This document shows, piece after piece, positions 13,156 to 25,885 of a stretch of DNA of 43,898 nucleotides. The stretch lies in contig MU271220.1 of NCBI GenBank assembly GCA_021432655.1, positions 62,001-105,898 of the forward strand, in the 5' to 3' direction. Below the pieces are notes generated by a model that made no database searches, had not been told where the DNA came from, and saw only the letters and a list, made by a program, of their open reading frames with translations. The first letter of the stretch is position 1; every line of letters starts with the position of its first letter. The stretch comes from Atractiella rhizophila (taxonomy: Eukaryota). Made by a program: the position numbers and the translations under genes.

Positions 13156-14475
13156 CTACTCCACAAAGATCTTGCAATCTAAGTTCAGCTCATCAATCAA
13201 AAAGGTCCAGATTGTGGTCGTAAAATTTCAGGATTCGAAACAACGTCGCCCCAATGAGCTAAGTACACTTTGTCAGCAGAGCAGTGTCAGACAAAGGGAG
13301 ACGGACGCCAAATTTGAGGCAAGCGGTTCCAATCAAAGCTACCACCCCAAGCAGATAATAAGACCTTCTGATAAGTATCAGTAACCACTTGATACCCTTG
13401 GACAGTGAGATGCAGGCCATCACTGCAAAAAGAATATTCAGACGACGAGTTAGCGGACAAAGGAGGACATCACCTCAAATAAAGCTCAGGCCGCCCAGTC
13501 TGTCTAATCTTTGTATCGATGGCAGACCACACGTCGACGCCCAAGGCCACATCTTCTCCTAGCTCATTCGCGACGTCCAATACAGCATCAGCGAACTGCT
13601 TCGTCCTTTCCTCGGTCCGATCGAGCGCCATGGGGATGGGACGCGAGGCGAGATCTGCCGCGCGCATAGAGGCAGAGATAGGGGGAGGCGTCACGAGAAG
13701 CAGCTTGGTTTGGTAGCTGGCCAAAAGAATTTCTGATATTTGTCGAAGGTTCGATTTAAACCTTTCGAGAGGAACGTGCTGAGGGCTCGGTTTGAGGCAG
13801 GCATCGTTGGCTGGCTAGTATGTTAACGTTGTTCAAACGGCGAGGAGAGCATACCGCCAAACCAAATGATAGCTAAAGTACCATGATTCGTTGAGAAGAA
13901 AAGGGATCGACAAAAAACACATACCCAACTTGATGGAAGGGGCAGAACTACTCGGAGGAGGAAGAAAGGTCTGTACCGATGTACCATTAGCACGCGATGG
14001 TCGCGTTTAGATGAGCAAGCAATACCAACCTGTTGGGCAATCGGCAACGCCCATTCAGCTATGAACTGCACTCAATCTTTGTGCGTGTAGGATAATTCAC
14101 AGCTCACTCGTGTATCCTGTACCGGAGAGCCGTCAGCAATTAAAGGCCTAGGATCGAGGAGAAGAACGCGCCAGAAAAACCTCTATTCATAACATCTCTG
14201 AAACCAACGGGTCAGGACAGGCGGGGGAGGACCCTGTGCTTACAATTTCCGTTGATAAAGAACTGCTAGGGTTTGGCCAGTTCCTCCTGTCCGCAATGCG
14301 CCATCAGAACTCCAGAACTTCCAGAATATCATGCAGGCAACCCACCAGCAACCCAGGACCCTTGCGTAATCCTTATAACTACGAGTAAGCAACATCACAA
14401 GCATCACAAGCATAACATCCCGACTTACGAGTCTCCAAAACAAACTATTTGATCCATCTTTCGTGTCTGCGCCAT
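13156..14475 (-). CDS. IAH1: Isoamyl acetate-hydrolysing esterase (SGNH/GDSL hydrolase)
   Basis: Spliced blocks MDQIVLFGDSITQ, YQRKLDVMNRGFSGYTTEWAL, IIWFG(A)NDAC, LLLVTPPPI and SDGLH. Confidence 0.92.
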
Positions 14476-15004
14476 GAAGACTGTCAAACTGGAACAGGAA
14501 ACAACAAGGAAGCGGCGATATAGTATAAATTCGTTCGGAATGTCCGACTCACAGCAGTCGCAGTGCCGCTGTCACTAGCATCCAGTATATGCATCTTGGA
14601 CAAACCGACGCAGGTGGAACTTGAGAGGTTCAAGCTGAAGCGAGAAGGATGGTGGTCCCAGGCCAATGTTGCTCGATTATCGGAGCTCCTGAAAAGGTCA
14701 CAAGAGCACCGGTCAGCAGGTACCAGTGTTGGGAGTGCAAAAGCATTGAACAGGAACACTGGGTCACTCATTGTCCCGCGCTGCTAATTGATGATTGATG
14801 TGGGTACATAGCTAGAGAATCACTGGCATGGTCCCAATTGGTCCCAATCCGCAAATTAACAATGATGTATGCATATGTAAGAGCAGTTGAAAAATTGGAA
14901 TGTTGGTAGAAATACACTTTGGTGCCAAGCCACTACTCGTTATGAGAAATAGAAAGAAAGCATACATAGACAAGATTGAATGAGAATTAACGTTGACTAG
15001 CTCA

Positions 15005-17939
15005 TCATCTTCCTTCCCAGAACTTCTGTCCCTGCGCTTGCTGTTGGGCCTGAGCCTGTTGCTGAGCCTGTTGCTGAGCTTGAGCACGGGCTTGCTGAGC
15101 AAACATCTTGAGAGGTCCTTGCATGAGTTGATTCTGGATGACGGTCTTCTGCTCCGGCGTGAGGCTTGGGTTGTTCAAGATCTGCCGCAACATCTCCGGC
15201 GTGACGTTTCTTGGATTCATGGGGGGAGCTGCTCCGCCTCCTGCTACATTCGCTCTCGGCTGATTTGGGTTCTGATTCTGATTCTGATTCTGATTCTGGT
15301 TCTGGTTCTGGTTCTGGTTCTGCTGCTGCATTGCGGCCGTCCTTGCCCTGAAAAATTCTTGCAGATTCGGAGGGATTCCCGGTAAGCCCGCAAAGCTGGG
15401 GGGGTTCGCTTGCGCAGGAGGAGCGAGGTTGGGGTTCGGAGGGGGACGATTGTGGTTGTTGGCATTGGGTAGCATGCCCATGAGAGATTGTGCTCCGATC
15501 TGTCCTAGCTGTGGCGACACCATCATCCTCCCTGGCCCACTGCTCTTCGGTTGCTGCTGCGGCTGCTGTTGCTGTTGCTGCACCGCCGCAGCAGCCTTGA
15601 GCCTCAGCTCTGGAGGAAGGAAATCGAGCGGGAGCGCTCGTTTGTGGAAAGCAAAGGCGAGGAGTTTGGGCAGTCCGGCCGACGTGGTGTTCGCGGCCGT
15701 GTTGGGGATGAGGAGGAGGCCATTGAGCATCCCCTGGGCTTTGAATCGAAACAAGATGGTGCGATTTTGTGCGTTCAGGAATTGAGCCAAGTTGTTGAAG
15801 GCGCTTTCGTTATTGTCTGCCACGCCTGGTCCCTTTGCCCGCGAGATTTCCAACACAGGCACTGGGTATGATCGCACCCAATCTCTGAGGAAGACTACAT
15901 TATTGGGAAGGACAAATGCTTGGACGAGAGGCCCAGGACCCCATGGTATTTCAGAACTGTAGAGCCAAAAAGTTTATCAGCATACCACTTCTTGTAATAG
16001 AAAACGGAAAACTTGCATATCTTTAGCTAAAGCCATGCCACTGAAAGCTGAAGCCGTAACATGCAATGTCGAATAATTCTTCTGGCTGGGAGGTTGCATC
16101 GGGGACCAAATAAGCTGACCCGTCCAGAGCACCGGTGGGGAGAGATTGCTCTGAGTAGGCGGTTGCGGCTGCGGAGGTGGTCTCGATACGGTGGGTACGT
16201 TCGCATTGGTGTTAGGAAGGGCTGGCGCAGAAGAAGCTTGCAGCATTTTCCTAAACGCAGTGGTTGAGAACCTGATGGAACCAGGGGAAAAAATCTGAGA
16301 CAAGACAATGACGTACCACCGATCTAACAGTGTTTGTGTAGCCACATCTGCCTCTGCCTGCGTCATGAGACCAGCCTTAACTTTCGCCTCAGTATGTTTT
16401 CTGAACACATCTACATCAAGCCCGCCAGGACCACCGACGGAAGGGACGGGCTGCTTCGATGGAGGAGGTTGAGATGGTGGCCGTGCCAGTAGCGAAGGAG
16501 GCGGTTGCTGAACCTGAGGAGGTTGCGTGGGCTTTAGAAGAGGTTGAGGAGGCGGACGTGCAGGTGGGAATCCGTTCTGTGGACCCTGTTGACCCCCTTG
16601 GACGACGTGCTTTCCATTCATTATAGAATTCCACCAGTTCTTCAGGATATTAGCCGATGTGGTATACAACGGCAAGTTCCTCTTCCTCTCCTCTGTGTCC
16701 CATTTGTGATGGAACTCCTGCACGACCTTGAAAGCCTTCTCCACAGCAGGATGCTTAATCGGGACCTGACGAAGGGTGGAAGTGAACTGTTGAAGGGTGA
16801 CACCGGGAAGGACCGCATTGATAGCTCTCATCATGTCCGCCTGGGGAGTCGTTGCTGGCGCAGGCCGAACTGGGGCGGGTTGAGGAGGAGAGGAACTGGG
16901 AAGAACTGGAGTAGGTTGGCCTTGCACCTTCAGGCGCTTGTTGGGTGGCAACGGCATGTTTCCTCCTATTGCGGGGGAAGAGCCAGGGTGTGGGCGTTTG
17001 AGATCTATCCCGCCGATCAAATTAGCTACAATACATCTGTCTTCAATGGACATACTGTTCGGTGGAGCGGTTGCTGGAGCTGGAACCGGTGTAGGAGCAC
17101 TGGCAGTAGCTGGTTGAGCAGCCGGTGGCGCAGGTGGTTGAAGGTCCTTTGCCCAAAGGATGACATGGTCTTTCTCACTCGCCGAAACCTTGATGTTCGA
17201 CGTTGCAGTGACAGGAACCGTATGCTTGAACTCTGCTCGAGATGAAGAGATCATCTGATGGAATTTCTCCAGTCTTGGACAAGGTGCCAATGAAACTACG
17301 GTAAATTGGACGCCAAACTGCTCGAATGTTACCTCGACACCAATATAGTTCTAAGCGGGAAAAGAACGGACGCACCTTGATTAGGACGTCTTTGACTTCG
17401 TTCCAACCAACACAGAACTCTACTGCGTCGCCCCAGAACCCTTTCATGAAGTTTCTAGCACCGCAACCCCAGTCTCCTTCGATCAATAGACCCAAGTCTG
17501 AAGGAGGACTCTCCGGTGCTGGCGAATAAGGTACAAGGGACGATGGGAGGTCTTTCTGCGAAAGGACAAGGACGTGATTGACTTCCTTCGTTGCAGGCGC
17601 AGCATTTGAACCGCTTTTCGACGGTGCCAACAAATGCTCCAGCCCATGAACGAAAGCTTCAAGCACCTCCTGACCAGCATCCCAACCCATGTCGCAAATC
17701 GCCGGATCTTCCTCCGCCGACGTAAACTTGTCGATGATCTCTTTCCATTGCTCAACTGAAGCTTTTGAAATTTGCGTGTGGGTATCATTCGAGGAAAGAC
17801 ACTGTAGCGAGAGCTGGAGCGTCGCTTTCGGATAAGTCGTTTGGAGTTTCGAAGTGATTCTCGTCAGGTATGATTGGAGCTCTTTTCCGCCCAGAAGAAG
17901 GGGAGACACCAGAAACAAAGCGTTGACCTTGAGATCCAT
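15005..17939 (-). CDS. Pro/Gln-rich nuclear protein, putative Mediator subunit Med25-like (VWA-like N-terminus, ACID/SPOC-like domain)
   Basis: N-terminal alpha/beta domain (VNALFLVS, EAFVHGLEHL, NHVLVLS), long P/Q linker, VLWTGQLIWS... beta-rich domain, Q/N tail. Three ORFs joined by introns. Start codon uncertain. Confidence 0.55.
15270..15322. repeat. Coding hexanucleotide microsatellite (CAGAAY)n encoding (QN)n
   Basis: ttctga and ttctgg units arranged in two homogeneous blocks. Confidence 0.9.
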
Positions 17940-18669
17940 GATTTCCAGCTTGCTCCAGAGCCAGCCGAGCGTCTTCGCACCTCCTTCAGCCAACTCTTGA
18001 GGTATAATCCCGGTCGTTCCTCAGGTGGTTGTGGCAGGTGCCATAATGGGCGTACGCATCGTACGCCATGCGTACTGTTCATAAACTTTGATTCCGCTCC
18101 AGATCCCAATATCCAACCCATCGCCACAAACGACATAACGAGGAACTTAGGCAAGAAATCTACATAATGTCTCCCAGTGAACCCCTTGTCACTACCACAC
18201 AGAATGGTTCTAAAGCAGGTGAGCTTTCTGCGCTTTTTGGTTCTCTCAGGTCGAAGTGTGGGTTTTGGGTCTGTCATTGACGCAAGTGATTACTTTTCTG
18301 TGACAAATTTGTTCTCGTCTTCATCCTATCATTACAGGAAGACCTGATGATGCATTTACAGCGCGTAGAACTGCTTTCGAGCGCCGCGTTTTATTCATTC
18401 CCGTCGTCCAACATCCACCGATTTCCGTCTTATCTCGCCTCCCGTGCGCTTCACACGGTGAAATCTACGAGTCGTTGCAGGCATAAAATCGTTCTCTCCT
18501 GGGTATAGCAAGTGATACCTAGCCCCTATCACAGTCTCAACGGGTGAGACTAATTTCACAGCTTGTCTCAACAGCATTGAATATTCATTGCGGGTCCCAA
18601 GTTCAAGCTTATTCCCACATATTCTGTTATTGGGCACAGTTCTGTCTTACTCATGTACTTCCTGACCTT

Positions 18670-19230
18670 CACGAACCGACCAACCTTTTTCTTCATTCAC
18701 GAACTCATCCATATCAACTAATGAATTTGTTGGCACAGTTCCCCGCACTCGCGCCGCGACCGTGAGTACCGGTGAAGACGCTTCAACGTACTTTGGCGCA
18801 TCGATCTCGTCCATCTCGCCAACGTCGTCCCTCAGATATTCTCGCTCAGAGGGGCATCCGAGGAGGCACTTCAGAAGTGTGGATCTCATGAAGGCGACGG
18901 AACAACGACCAGGCGATTGTTGGGTGGTAGGCGACGCTGTTGAAAAGAATCATGAAGGTGGGTCCGCTCGCCTAGATTCTCCTCCCACTTCTTGGCTCCC
19001 CTGCTTTGATGCGCTGATTGGCATTGGATGGCTTGCTACGTGAAGGCGTTGATCTAGACCCTTCCTCACCACAAGCGAAAGGCGCCCGTCTCTCCCTCAA
19101 ACGACGCTCACTGGCGGACGTCGATTCCAACCAACACGAGTCCAAGAACCAAATCAAGCTGGAAGAGTTGATGAAGTCGGTTGGAACCCTGGAGAAGAAG
19201 ATGGGGAAGGAGAAGAAGCAGACGAACTGA
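18670..19230 (+). CDS. Hypothetical small Ser-rich protein; 5' structure unresolved
   Basis: Open frames ...PRTRAATVSTGEDAST...VEKNHE and EGVDLDPSS...KEKKQTN*, with a GTGGGT donor at 18958 between them. Confidence 0.35.
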
Positions 19231-19668
19231 TGTCATAGGTTGGTTGTGGAACCTGGACATTCGTAATTCACCCATCGCTTTGCTGAATGTAAAGTCTCAT
19301 TTTGGAGCGCTGGTGCTGGCGATCTGTACAATTCTTCTATCTCGTTTACCGTGTCCAAGTTACAGTCATGGGTTAACCAATTTGTATGTTACCAATCTTT
19401 CTTCAATTGCCAACATATCAATTCTTGTCGATGTAAATACTCCTCAATTTCTTCACTCTCTGTTGTATTATTATTCATGCTTATTCTTTCATGCTCCTGA
19501 GCATCCATAAACGCCTACAAACCATCCAAATTCCTTTAAGATCACAGTCGTCGGCTGTCGAAAGCACCCACGAGTATGACGTCTTCGGTCGCGATCTGCC
19601 AAACCACACCACCACTTTGAAAACTGTTTGTTGGGCGATTGTATCTTTCAACCCAGATAATCGCTAGA

Positions 19669-20393
19669 ATGTCATCGCAAGTCCCAACCTCGACCAGCAT
19701 CTACGAGAGCGCCGCCCTTCCCTTCGCATTGGCGGATGGTGGGTCTTGATCTGCATTATTTCAAACCACACCATCCCATCCATCCATGGTCTTTGGAAAC
19801 TGATTTGCTTGTGATGGGTTTGGATGAACAGTGTGGGAGCTTATCAGCAACCTCAACTTCGATAAATGGTGGAGCATCGTCGATAAATTTGAAAACAACG
19901 CTGAGGGTGGGGTATTGACCACTTTCAAGGATGGTACGAAGACGACGTTCAAGTTGGAGGAGTACTCTCGTGCGTCATCCAAACTCATGATAACTTCCCT
20001 TTTCCAAATCATTGGTTGATTACTGGCATGTCTAGAGCTTGATCACTTCGTCACGTACTCTGCCATCTCCTCCGATCCTCCCCTCGGTTTCTCGTCTGCT
20101 CTGAGCACCATCAGGCTGTACCCGATTACTTCGGTACATTTCCTTCCTCTACTTGAGTCCTGATATCGAAGCAGAGAACAGGACAACAGTACCTTTATTC
20201 AGTGGACTGCTACTTTTAGCGGTGATGCTGGGGCAGGTAAGTGATTATGCTCTGTCATGTCGAAGATTGTATTGATGCCGATATTCTGTCACTGGAAGAT
20301 GTGATTCAAGACGCCAAGTACAAGAGGAGGGAGGGACTTTTGGACTTGAGGAAAGCGTTGGAGAGAAAACAAGTTAACAAGATCAAGTCGTGA
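19669..20393 (+). CDS. Bet v1-like / SRPBCC (polyketide cyclase-dehydrase fold) protein
   Basis: Five exons: PTSTSIYESA, VWELISNLNF, FKDGT...LEEYS, STIRLYPITS, TFIQWTATFSGDA, VIQDAKYKRREGLLDL. Confidence 0.85.
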
Positions 20394-20523
20394 AGAGTCG
20401 AACGGTAATTTCCCCTGTGCTAAAGTGATTTGAAAGGGCGTGCAAACTAGCCTGGAATGAAAACGAATTGTAAGCGAACCAGAATGTGCTGTAGTCTTGA
20501 AATGTTATGGATTGTATGACGCT

Positions 20524-21707
20524 TCACATTTTTGCTTGTGTGTTGCCTTCTACTCTGCGGAGGCGTAACAACCATTCCATAATGTATTCTACGACGACCT
20601 GTATCTTAAGTCAAGATCACATTCCCATCAAGAACAGCCGCACTCACCTCGTTCTTGCCTATGAAATTGTGATCTCCTCCTGTTCACTAATCGTCTGCAC
20701 ACTTCTATCAACGAGGGATCAAGGAACATACCGTCTAGAGCCTTCATTTCTGCTGTCCCCTTCCCTCCACGCTCCGAAAATATGAGATGGTAGATCTCTC
20801 CATCGCCAAAAGGGACCACAGTATCCTTCGTTCCATGTACCGTCAGAACGTGAGTATCACGAGGGAAGTCGGTTATGCATTGGCTGGTATCGAAAGTTGC
20901 AAAATCGATGATTTGTTCTTTCGTCCCCTTTGCCATCCAACATCAGATTCATGCATTGGTGCCGTACAACTGTATGTGGATTGATTGGATAACTCACGCG
21001 ATCGACCCGTTTGCCACTCTTCACTTCTACGTATCCTTGGCTCTCGAATGATTCTCTAAACAAATCTATCCGTTGAAGAAGGCGCGCCATCACGTATCTT
21101 GCTGAGAGGTTGACAAAGTATTTGGGCACTGAACGAGATGGGTGTCTCTTGGCAAGGGTGCAGAGGTAACGGTTACCAGTTATACTTCCTCTCGAGTGTG
21201 CGATCACTGTCCAAGTTCCTCCAAACGTCACCATCTGGCGGAAGCAGTCAAGAAAGAGAGACAAACCGATGTCAGGTCGCCAACCGTGTTCCTCGAGCCA
21301 GGACCAAACGCAGTCGTAGTCCTCTTCCTCCTTCCAAAGATCCCCGAAACTGCTTTCTCCTCCACTGTCTCCATTTCCCTGGAAGTCCCAACGTATTGAA
21401 GGAATGCCATTGTCGGAAAGTGCAGCCGCAAGGGAACGATGATACGTTTGGTTCTTGTGTGCCTGGATGCCATGACAGAGCTGTACGCCAATGTCACATA
21501 ATCAGCATTCAGTCAACCTGTCGATCAGAGCCAATGAAAGAAGGAAATGGATTTGTAAGCGGCGAGACATACAAGGGCAATGCTCTGTGGAGCAGAAGGC
21601 GTTCCTCCTTCAAGTTTGCCTTCCGGGGAACGGATGATGGCTACAAGCTTTTGCACCTCAGGATTGGGATGGGAGATATCGAATGTCGTCTCTTCGTAAG
21701 CTGCCAT
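20524..21707 (-). CDS. Alpha/beta-hydrolase (esterase/lysophospholipase-like)
   Basis: LCHGIQAHKN, SIRWDFQGNGDS, nucleophile elbow AHSRG, VLTVHGTKDTVVP, GGDHNF. Confidence 0.9.
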
Positions 21708-22467
21708 CGCCTATCGTGCTTCACAACTTACTCTAGGATGCTCTTAGTACTTGGATGCCAGTCAATGTTTTTGAAGATCGGAGCTGCCGGGAAAGCAAAC
21801 GCCGGACTGCTGGACTTGGTGTGTCATCGTAATGGAGACTGGCACTTCAACGTTCAACGATTGAATCAATCATGAGAGGAGGCACCAAAGTGGAATGGAG
21901 CATTGCCCACACAAAGTAAATTGGTGAGTACACAAAGTGCGAAGAAGAGACTGAGCAAATGGAAACAGTTAGAAACGGATTTGGAGTCGAATACTAGTAG
22001 GATCTGGCTTTCGAAAACACCAAAGAGGCCCAAAGGGTTACAAAAGTGATGATAGCGCGCCGAGAGAGGTTACAGAGTCAAGTGGAGTTCAAGAGTTTTT
22101 CCCTGGCTGGATTGAATGTCCATTTTGCTTGCATCAGTCTGAGCTCGGAGAACTGTCTAGTGTGGAATACTGATTTCTTGTCGTGACCGAATCAACCATT
22201 GATCATTGGACCATCGTTAGGTAAGAAACTGAACTGAGTTTGAATTGAAGTGAGACTGGACATTGAGAATTGAAAGAGACAGCTGTATCGAACAAAGCAC
22301 CGCTTGATTGATAGGATAGAATACTGTTGGTTCGAGGAGAGAAGTGAAAGCGTAATCGCTACAAGAAATCCGGCGTTGTGTCGTCGGCTGTTGTTAGAAA
22401 GTGACGAATCCCATCATCAGCGAGATATTTTGCTTAGCACCCTCAATCCTACACCATCCACACTCCG

Positions 22468-25243
22468 TCAACTCCCTACCACCAAATCAAGTAAAGAAAA
22501 TCTCACGTCCTCCTCTTCCTCCTCCTCCTCCGGCCCAACCTCGACCTCAAAACTTTTCTCCAACTCACCATTCTTCCCAGCCACCGTAAATGAAGCACGA
22601 ACGATGATCTTGCCACCGAAATCTCCCTCCGTCGGTACTCCAGACAAAGTCCCGTCGTTCCAGCTCAACCAGGAGGGGAGGTCTGGACTTGAGAACTGGA
22701 CAGATATCGAAGCCGAAGGTTGTTGAGGGTCCCACACGTGCGGCTTGTAGCTCCACACTCGTCCAGGGGTCGCGGTGGGGGCAGGGCGTTCGGGGAGGAT
22801 GCGACGTTCGAAGGCTTTGAAGATCCATTCGCATTCGGGATCTTTCTTTCCTTCCACCATCCATACGTGGTTTCCTTTGCTCCTATTGACATTAAACCAC
22901 CGTCAACAACGACTAGGGAAGCAGCGACAAGAACGACTCACTTTGCTTTCTTCCCCTCATCGTTGAATCTCGAAATGTAAGGTTGCGTCCAAAGATACTG
23001 TCTCACCTGGATACCAATCCCAGTCAACTCGTAACCTACGAAGAGGGGACGGAGAGGAGAAGGGAGATGCAAACGGACCTTTTTGAGCGGCACCTCCTCC
23101 TCGTCCATCCCGTGCCTGGCGAGCTCTTCCGAGAAAGCATTTGTGAAACTCTGTATTCGAAACTTGAACGGTCTGAAATCTTTCGTCGCCTCCATCCTTG
23201 CCATCTTCTTCGGCATCAACGTCTGATGCTATCCACCCGTCCAACCTCGTGTCATTCCCTCTCGAACTCAAAAAAGCAAAACCAAAACATTGAACCAAAA
23301 GCAAAGGGAAAGAAACAAGGAAGGCTAGGGAGGAGGATGGAGGAGAGGGACGTACGATGGCCTCTCCCTTATTCTTCATCCCGGTATCCGAACACAAAGC
23401 CTTCAACCACCGAAAAAAAACTTCATCCAACCTAGCCCTCAACGCACTGGATATGCCCATCGCAGCAGCAGCAGCAGCAGCTGCCGCCGATCCAGAGCCA
23501 TTGACATGAAGAGCCCCAGCAACACTGGGGCCAGCGCCAGAGTGCGCGAAGTTAAGTTCGCTGTCAGGACTCTCCGACTCATTTTTGACCGGCGTCGTAT
23601 CCGTCGTCAAGTTACCTAACGTTGCCGAAGGGACAATGCCCACCGTCGGCGGGGGGACGACGGGCAGCGTTCCAGAGAGCTGGCCTGGCGTGGGATAGGA
23701 GGGTACAAGGGGGAATGATGGATCTGGACCGACAGTCAGGAGGTTTGACGCTCCCCCTCCTACCCCCATCCCTACTCCGACTCCGACTCCTACGCTCACT
23801 CCCACGTTGGGAGCATAAGGCGGCGCGGCGGCCATGAGTACCTGGGCAGTGTTAGAGAGCAGGGATTGACCTGACGGGTGGACGGGGACCGAGTTCACCG
23901 GAGGAAGAGTGGAGAGGAGGGCTGATGGCTGGATGGTCTGAGGAATTGGCTGTTGTTGGTGTATGAGATTTATTTGAGCCTGCGCTTGAGCCTGCGCAAT
24001 CTGGACTTGGGCTGCTGAGAGCAGGGCGGAGGTGGAAGCTGAAGCTGGAGAATCGGGAGGGAAGAATAGTTGAGTCGGCGTCGGCGGTTCGGAGGGGGGA
24101 GGATACATATACATACCTTGTCCTACACTCCCCACTCCAACACCAACACCTACCCCTCCCATTCCTACCCCCATGCCTCCTCCTCCTAAACCCAAACTTC
24201 CGACTCCCATCGCCAATTGTGCCTGCGCTGAACCGGACATCATCGACCCAGCGGCCAAAGCTGGGGAGGGTCTCGAGGAGAGGTAACCTTGATGTTGAGG
24301 GCGAAAACCAGTGGGCTGATTGGCCGGACTGGCAGCGTTGACGGTAGAGAGATCGGGGTAACTGTTCGTCTGGAAGAGAGAAGTCGTAGGGTGTGAATGT
24401 GAGGGTCCGGAAACAGGAGCTGAGATGGCATGATGGGTTAACTTGGGTCTTTCCAAGGACAACGTTGGGCCAGTCGCTCCCGTTCCTTCCGACGCAGTCA
24501 CGTTCGTGTTCGCAGACCCAGTCAGACTCTGACTCGCGACGGTGACAGCTGCCGAGGTCGCGGGATTAGGATCCCTGAGTTCGGAAACGAGGTCGCTGAG
24601 CCTTCTCGCCTCGTTTTGGAGCTGATAGATCTGATCTGCCGTGGGAGGAGTGACGGTGGAGAGCTGATTGATGGATGATTCGTGGGCTTCGAGCACAGTC
24701 GAGAGGGCCTTGATCGGTTTCGAATCGGAGACGGAGCCGTTGGGTGCGGAGGCGGACGAGGAGAAGGAAGAGGTGGAGGTGGAAGTTCGTGGACGTTTTG
24801 TAAGGTTCGGTTGGGCGCACGAGAGGGAGGATCTGCGCTTCTTGAGTCCGATCCCTTGACCTGTGAGATTGGAGGGAGGCAGCAATGGCTCCGCTAGGGG
24901 ATCGCAATAGGGAGAGGAGGGTAGATCCCAAGTGTAGCTGGCAGATGAGCTGGTGGAGGATGTGGTGGACAGGGGAGGTGATATGTCTGAGAACTTGACG
25001 GAGATCTCGGTGTTGCTGGAGATGGTCTGGGTGGTGGTAACCTGCGGAGTGACGGTGTGTGGGAATGACTGATGGATGGGATGGGAGGATCCGTGGACGG
25101 GTGCCGAGGCGTTGAGGGCGTAGAATGAGGGCTCTGAGGTGAAGGGGGTGGCGAAGGAGGTTGGAAAGGGGGTTGATTGCAGTGGCTGAGGGAGGAGATA
25201 ATGTGAAGGTGAGACCGTTGAGCCGAGGTGGCTCCAGTCATCC
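22468..25243 (-). CDS. Hypothetical protein: long low-complexity N-terminus, compact basic domain, C-terminal He_PIG/cadherin-like Ig module; first exon not located
   Basis: Frame open from the acceptor at about 25243. Spliced FRPFKFRIQSFTNAF...QPYISRFNDEGKKAK|SKGNHVWMVEGKK. Ig-like signature LPSWLSWNDGTLSGVP. Confidence 0.75.
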
Positions 25244-25885
25244 CTATTCTCTGTTAGCTAGTGACACTACTGGTACAACACCGGCAATACTACTGATAAT
25301 AAGACAGAAGAATGACAATAAGAATGAAATCTAATGTTTGTAATGGTGAATATGATAACGAGAATTGTCCGGTCATTTGTATTGGGTGACAAGATGACAT
25401 AGGAACAACGATAATAAAATAAAGGTGAGAGTAAAAGTTGATAACACTAATGACAATGATAATGAGAGGACAAGGAAAAAAACGTGTGAAGTTGGAGAAT
25501 AAAATGAAAAGGAAATACGGAATGGAGGTGCGTCATAAGAAGAACTCACTGGGAGGAGTAGTCGAGGTCCATCGCACGGGATAGAGATATGCCAATCATA
25601 CACTCATAAGCATAACTTGACACTCTTGCAGTGAACTCTGCGATGAACTTGGATGAACGAGATGAGTGTAAACAGATGTGCAGCTATCGTCGATCCTTCT
25701 TCCACTCCTCCTAATTTGCATCATTGTCTCATCATCATCAGATCTCATCATCCTTCATCTTCTGCTCATTCACCCTGCCATAATTGGGTATGGATAACAA
25801 CACATAAACATTGCCACATAACTTATCATACACTTGAACAGTCAACAAACAAGCACATCCCAACAACCAAAGAAACCCAACAGAA

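Larger units (their letters stand above)
7207..13643. repeat. Tandem duplication, two copies of about 3.2 kb (about 7207-10420 and 10423-13643)
   Basis: cgacgctggcatatgaaaacgaaatc occurs near 7216 and 10433. gcgccatggggatgggacg ends both copies. Colinear similarity throughout. Confidence 0.97.

Noticed and set aside
16544..17245. Long antisense ORFs (also 21138-21875 and others)
   Set aside because: Shadows of well-supported genes on the opposite strand.
25250..25520. Purine-rich low-complexity tract
   Set aside because: Consistent with a pyrimidine-rich intron of the minus-strand gene; no periodic unit.
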